From positions 1 to 57,846 of IMG/VR virus record IMGVR_UViG_3300028837_000819: a stretch of 57,846 nucleotides of DNA; one strand, given 5' to 3'. The position numbers and the translations under genes were made by a program. Under the pieces are notes generated by a model. The model saw only the letters and a program-made list of their open reading frames with translations. It searched no databases and was not told the DNA's origin. Positions 55,652 to 57,846 of this stretch are shown one piece after another. The stretch comes from a virus (Duplodnaviria > Caudoviricetes). The stretch's first letter is position 1; the number at the start of each line of letters is the position of its first letter.

Positions 55652-57846
55652 GTGGCGACGCGGACTTGGACAAACGGTAACGCTACCGGCATCTGGTCGG
55701 ACCCTCTCAACTGGTCGGGCGGCTCCAAGCCCGGCCCGTCGGACGATGTTGTCTTCGACGCCACTGACGTGTCGCAGTGTACCATTGACGAGCCCGTCTC
55801 CGTTCAGTCTATCGACGCCAAGGCTGCCTACACGGGTGCCGGGACGAGCGGGAAGCTCGTCAACACCACGTACGCCGTTGCCGTCTCCGGTGACGCCATC
55901 TTTGATAACAAGGAGGTGGACTTCGGGAGTGCCACATACACCGTCGGTGGTGACTTCGACCTTGAGCACGTCGGAATTCAGAGCATCGGAAGCGCCGATG
56001 TGGTCCTGACTGGATCGGCGAAGTCCTTCTACTACGGGTCCAACGTTCTAAACAGCCTTACGATTCAGGCGGGGGCTTCGTACACGACGGCGGGAGCCAT
56101 CAACAGCGGAGCGCTTGCGGTCACCTTTGACATCTCCGGCACATTCACGATCACCGTGACGAAAGACCACTCGTGCACAGACCTTCAAGTGCTCGGTACC
56201 GGTCAGCTTACGGGAGCCGGGCAGTTTCACGTGAATAGCGGCAACATTTACAGCCTCGCGGGGACCACGGACATTGCGGGCTTTTTCATCGAAGACTGCG
56301 ACTCGATTGTGGCCGGTACCATCGCCTCAGCTACGGTAAAGGTTTCTGAGAGCCGGACCGGCACTCGCACGTTGGACATCGAGGCCGGGGCTCACATTAT
56401 CTCTGGCAACATCGAGTTTGAGAAGACGGCTCTCGGTACGTGGGAAATCAATCATCTCTTGGCCGAAGGCTGGTGGGAGATCGCGGGCAACCTCACCCTC
56501 GATATCCAAGCCGGTTCGTTTGACTGGCAGGAATTCGGTTCCGGGTGGGGCTATCCGCAACTAATCCCGCCTATGAACCGGCCGAAGAACGGAATTATCT
56601 GGCTCACTGGTGGTGGCTCGGGCACGCAGACCGTCGACGCAGACTCTCAGAATATGGGGTACGTGATCGTCGACGATTCCGGAGCCACGAAGCAACTCAC
56701 AGCCACATCTACATTCCGAAAGCTGTACGTTGCCAACGGTCTCATCGACTTCAACGGTAAGACGGTCACGGCCAAAGAGCATCTAGGCGTTTACAACGAC
56801 AACTCGTCGTTCTTTGGGAACGTCGTCGGTACGGGTCTGAACGGCTCCACTATCAATGTCAACCGCAGCATCGTCGTGCAGGGCAACGCCAGCACGGATA
56901 TCGACTTCGATGCCTCGGCCAACTGGAATCTCAATGTCGTTCGCTTCGGCCAAGGTTGGCAGGCTTTCGTCTACTGCGACTTTGGGAACTGTCAGGCCAC
57001 GGGCGAGAAGATAGACGCCACGGATGCCAGCAATACGGACTCTGGTAGCAACAGCGAGGTGTACTTCTCGAAGACGACGCGGACGTGGGACGGCGGGGGC
57101 GGTGACACCAGTTGGGGAACGGCCGCGAACTGGTCGGGAGACACGGTGCCCGGTCCCTTCGATACTGCCGTCTTCGATGGGACAAGCGCGAAGAACTGCA
57201 ACGTCAACTCGACCAGACGTGTCGGCACGATTCAGACGTATGGAACGTATGCTGGTACTTTCGATAGTACCAGCGATGACGTTGACGTATTCGATAGGGC
57301 CGAGTTTGCGAACGCAACCGTGGACTTGGGCGGCGGGAATGTCTGGCGCGTTGGCAGCTACGTAGACAGTGGGATAACGACCTTCACGGCTCCGGGGCGT
57401 ATCGAATTCCACGCCTCGTTCGGGGACCTCGAAGCACCCGTTGCACGACCGCTTGGTGAGGTCCGCGTGTATGGCAGTGTTGGGACACGCGCCACGTCGA
57501 AGATCGGTCAACTCACCGCGTACGCGGCAGCGCGCCCCAATACCGATGGTCGTATGGTAATTGGGAGCGGTGATCCCCTTTACGTGGATGGGGATATAAC
57601 GGTACAAGCCAATGCGGGCGTCGGCGGCCGGGACGACCTTCACCTCCTAAACCCTCACGATGTCATACAGCAGGACGGTACGTTCGATCCGGAGGTCTTC
57701 TATTGCTACGGCCAGACGGACCTCGCGGCCGGGACGTACTCGTGCGATGAGACCCACTTCCAGAACGATCAAGGCAGTGCGCAGCCTGTGCGTTTGAGTC
57801 AGGGTACGAGCGGTGGCACGGTCCGCTTCACCCGAGAGGTGTACTT
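55652..57846 (+). CDS. 3'-truncated putative tail fibre/adhesin with autotransporter-passenger-like beta-solenoid repeats (absent from the ORF track)
   Basis: GTG 55652 frame is stop-free to the window end by manual translation. TRTW.......W....NWSG...PG..D..VFD occurs at ~55658 and ~57077. Confidence 0.8.
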   Translation, partial: MATRTWTNGNATGIWSDPLNWSGGSKPGPSDDVVFDATDVSQCTIDEPVSVQSIDAKAAYTGAGTSGKLVNTTYAVAVSGDAIFDNKEVDFGSATYTVGGDFDLEHVGIQSIGSADVVLTGSAKSFYYGSNVLNSLTIQAGASYTTAGAINSGALAVTFDISGTFTITVTKDHSCTDLQVLGTGQLTGAGQFHVNSGNIYSLAGTTDIAGFFIEDCDSIVAGTIASATVKVSESRTGTRTLDIEAGAHIISGNIEFEKTALGTWEINHLLAEGWWEIAGNLTLDIQAGSFDWQEFGSGWGYPQLIPPMNRPKNGIIWLTGGGSGTQTVDADSQNMGYVIVDDSGATKQLTATSTFRKLYVANGLIDFNGKTVTAKEHLGVYNDNSSFFGNVVGTGLNGSTINVNRSIVVQGNASTDIDFDASANWNLNVVRFGQGWQAFVYCDFGNCQATGEKIDATDASNTDSGSNSEVYFSKTTRTWDGGGGDTSWGTAANWSGDTVPGPFDTAVFDGTSAKNCNVNSTRRVGTIQTYGTYAGTFDSTSDDVDVFDRAEFANATVDLGGGNVWRVGSYVDSGITTFTAPGRIEFHASFGDLEAPVARPLGEVRVYGSVGTRATSKIGQLTAYAAARPNTDGRMVIGSGDPLYVDGDITVQANAGVGGRDDLHLLNPHDVIQQDGTFDPEVFYCYGQTDLAAGTYSCDETHFQNDQGSAQPVRLSQGTSGGTVRFTREVY

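Noticed and set aside
2117-57643. Many long minus-strand and alternative-frame ORFs (e.g. 13158-14834, 15885-18113, 24460-26211, 31922-33517)
   Set aside because: Shadows of GC3-biased plus-strand genes; Arg/Val/Leu-rich, no motifs, fully overlapping well-supported CDSs.
1-57846. Alternative genetic code or stop-codon recoding
   Set aside because: Genes tile the strand under the standard code and end in TAA, TAG and TGA; the breaks seen are frameshifts, not in-frame stops.
1-57846. tRNA, rRNA, introns, inteins, integrase or transposase
   Set aside because: None recognised; intergenic gaps are mostly under 100 bp. A covariance-model scan was not possible, so small RNAs are not formally excluded.

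Overview
The window is a GC-rich (roughly 60-65% by eye), densely coded, entirely plus-strand virion morphogenesis region of a large tailed phage with a contractile tail and T4-superfamily-like head genes. Recognisable genes are a gp21-like prohead protease fused to a scaffold-like region, a gp23-like major capsid protein, gp13/gp14/gp15-like neck proteins, sheath, tube, tape measure and baseplate genes. No portal, terminase, integrase, RNA gene or CRISPR array is visible. Main observations: (1) a block of probable head-packaged polyproteins punctuated by gp21-type (I/L/V)-x-E sites, carrying a HiPIP-like Fe-S domain, a zeta-toxin-like P-loop kinase, and a ~2,770-aa protein with NUDIX, PI3K/HipA-like kinase and possible ADP-ribosyltransferase domains; (2) two of these genes are broken by exact 7-bp and 10-bp tandem duplications; (3) an AT-rich palindrome, ACCAACAAWTTGTTGGT, occurs five times, four of them just after stop codons; (4) sigma70-like promoters, several embedded in coding sequence; (5) a likely +1/-2 programmed frameshift joining gp26-like and gp51-like ORFs; (6) a domain nested three times inside itself in the tail sheath and reused once in the baseplate wedge; (7) active/degenerate paralogue pairs of a ParB-methyltransferase and a thermonuclease. 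All family assignments come from motif recognition and synteny by eye, not from database searches.
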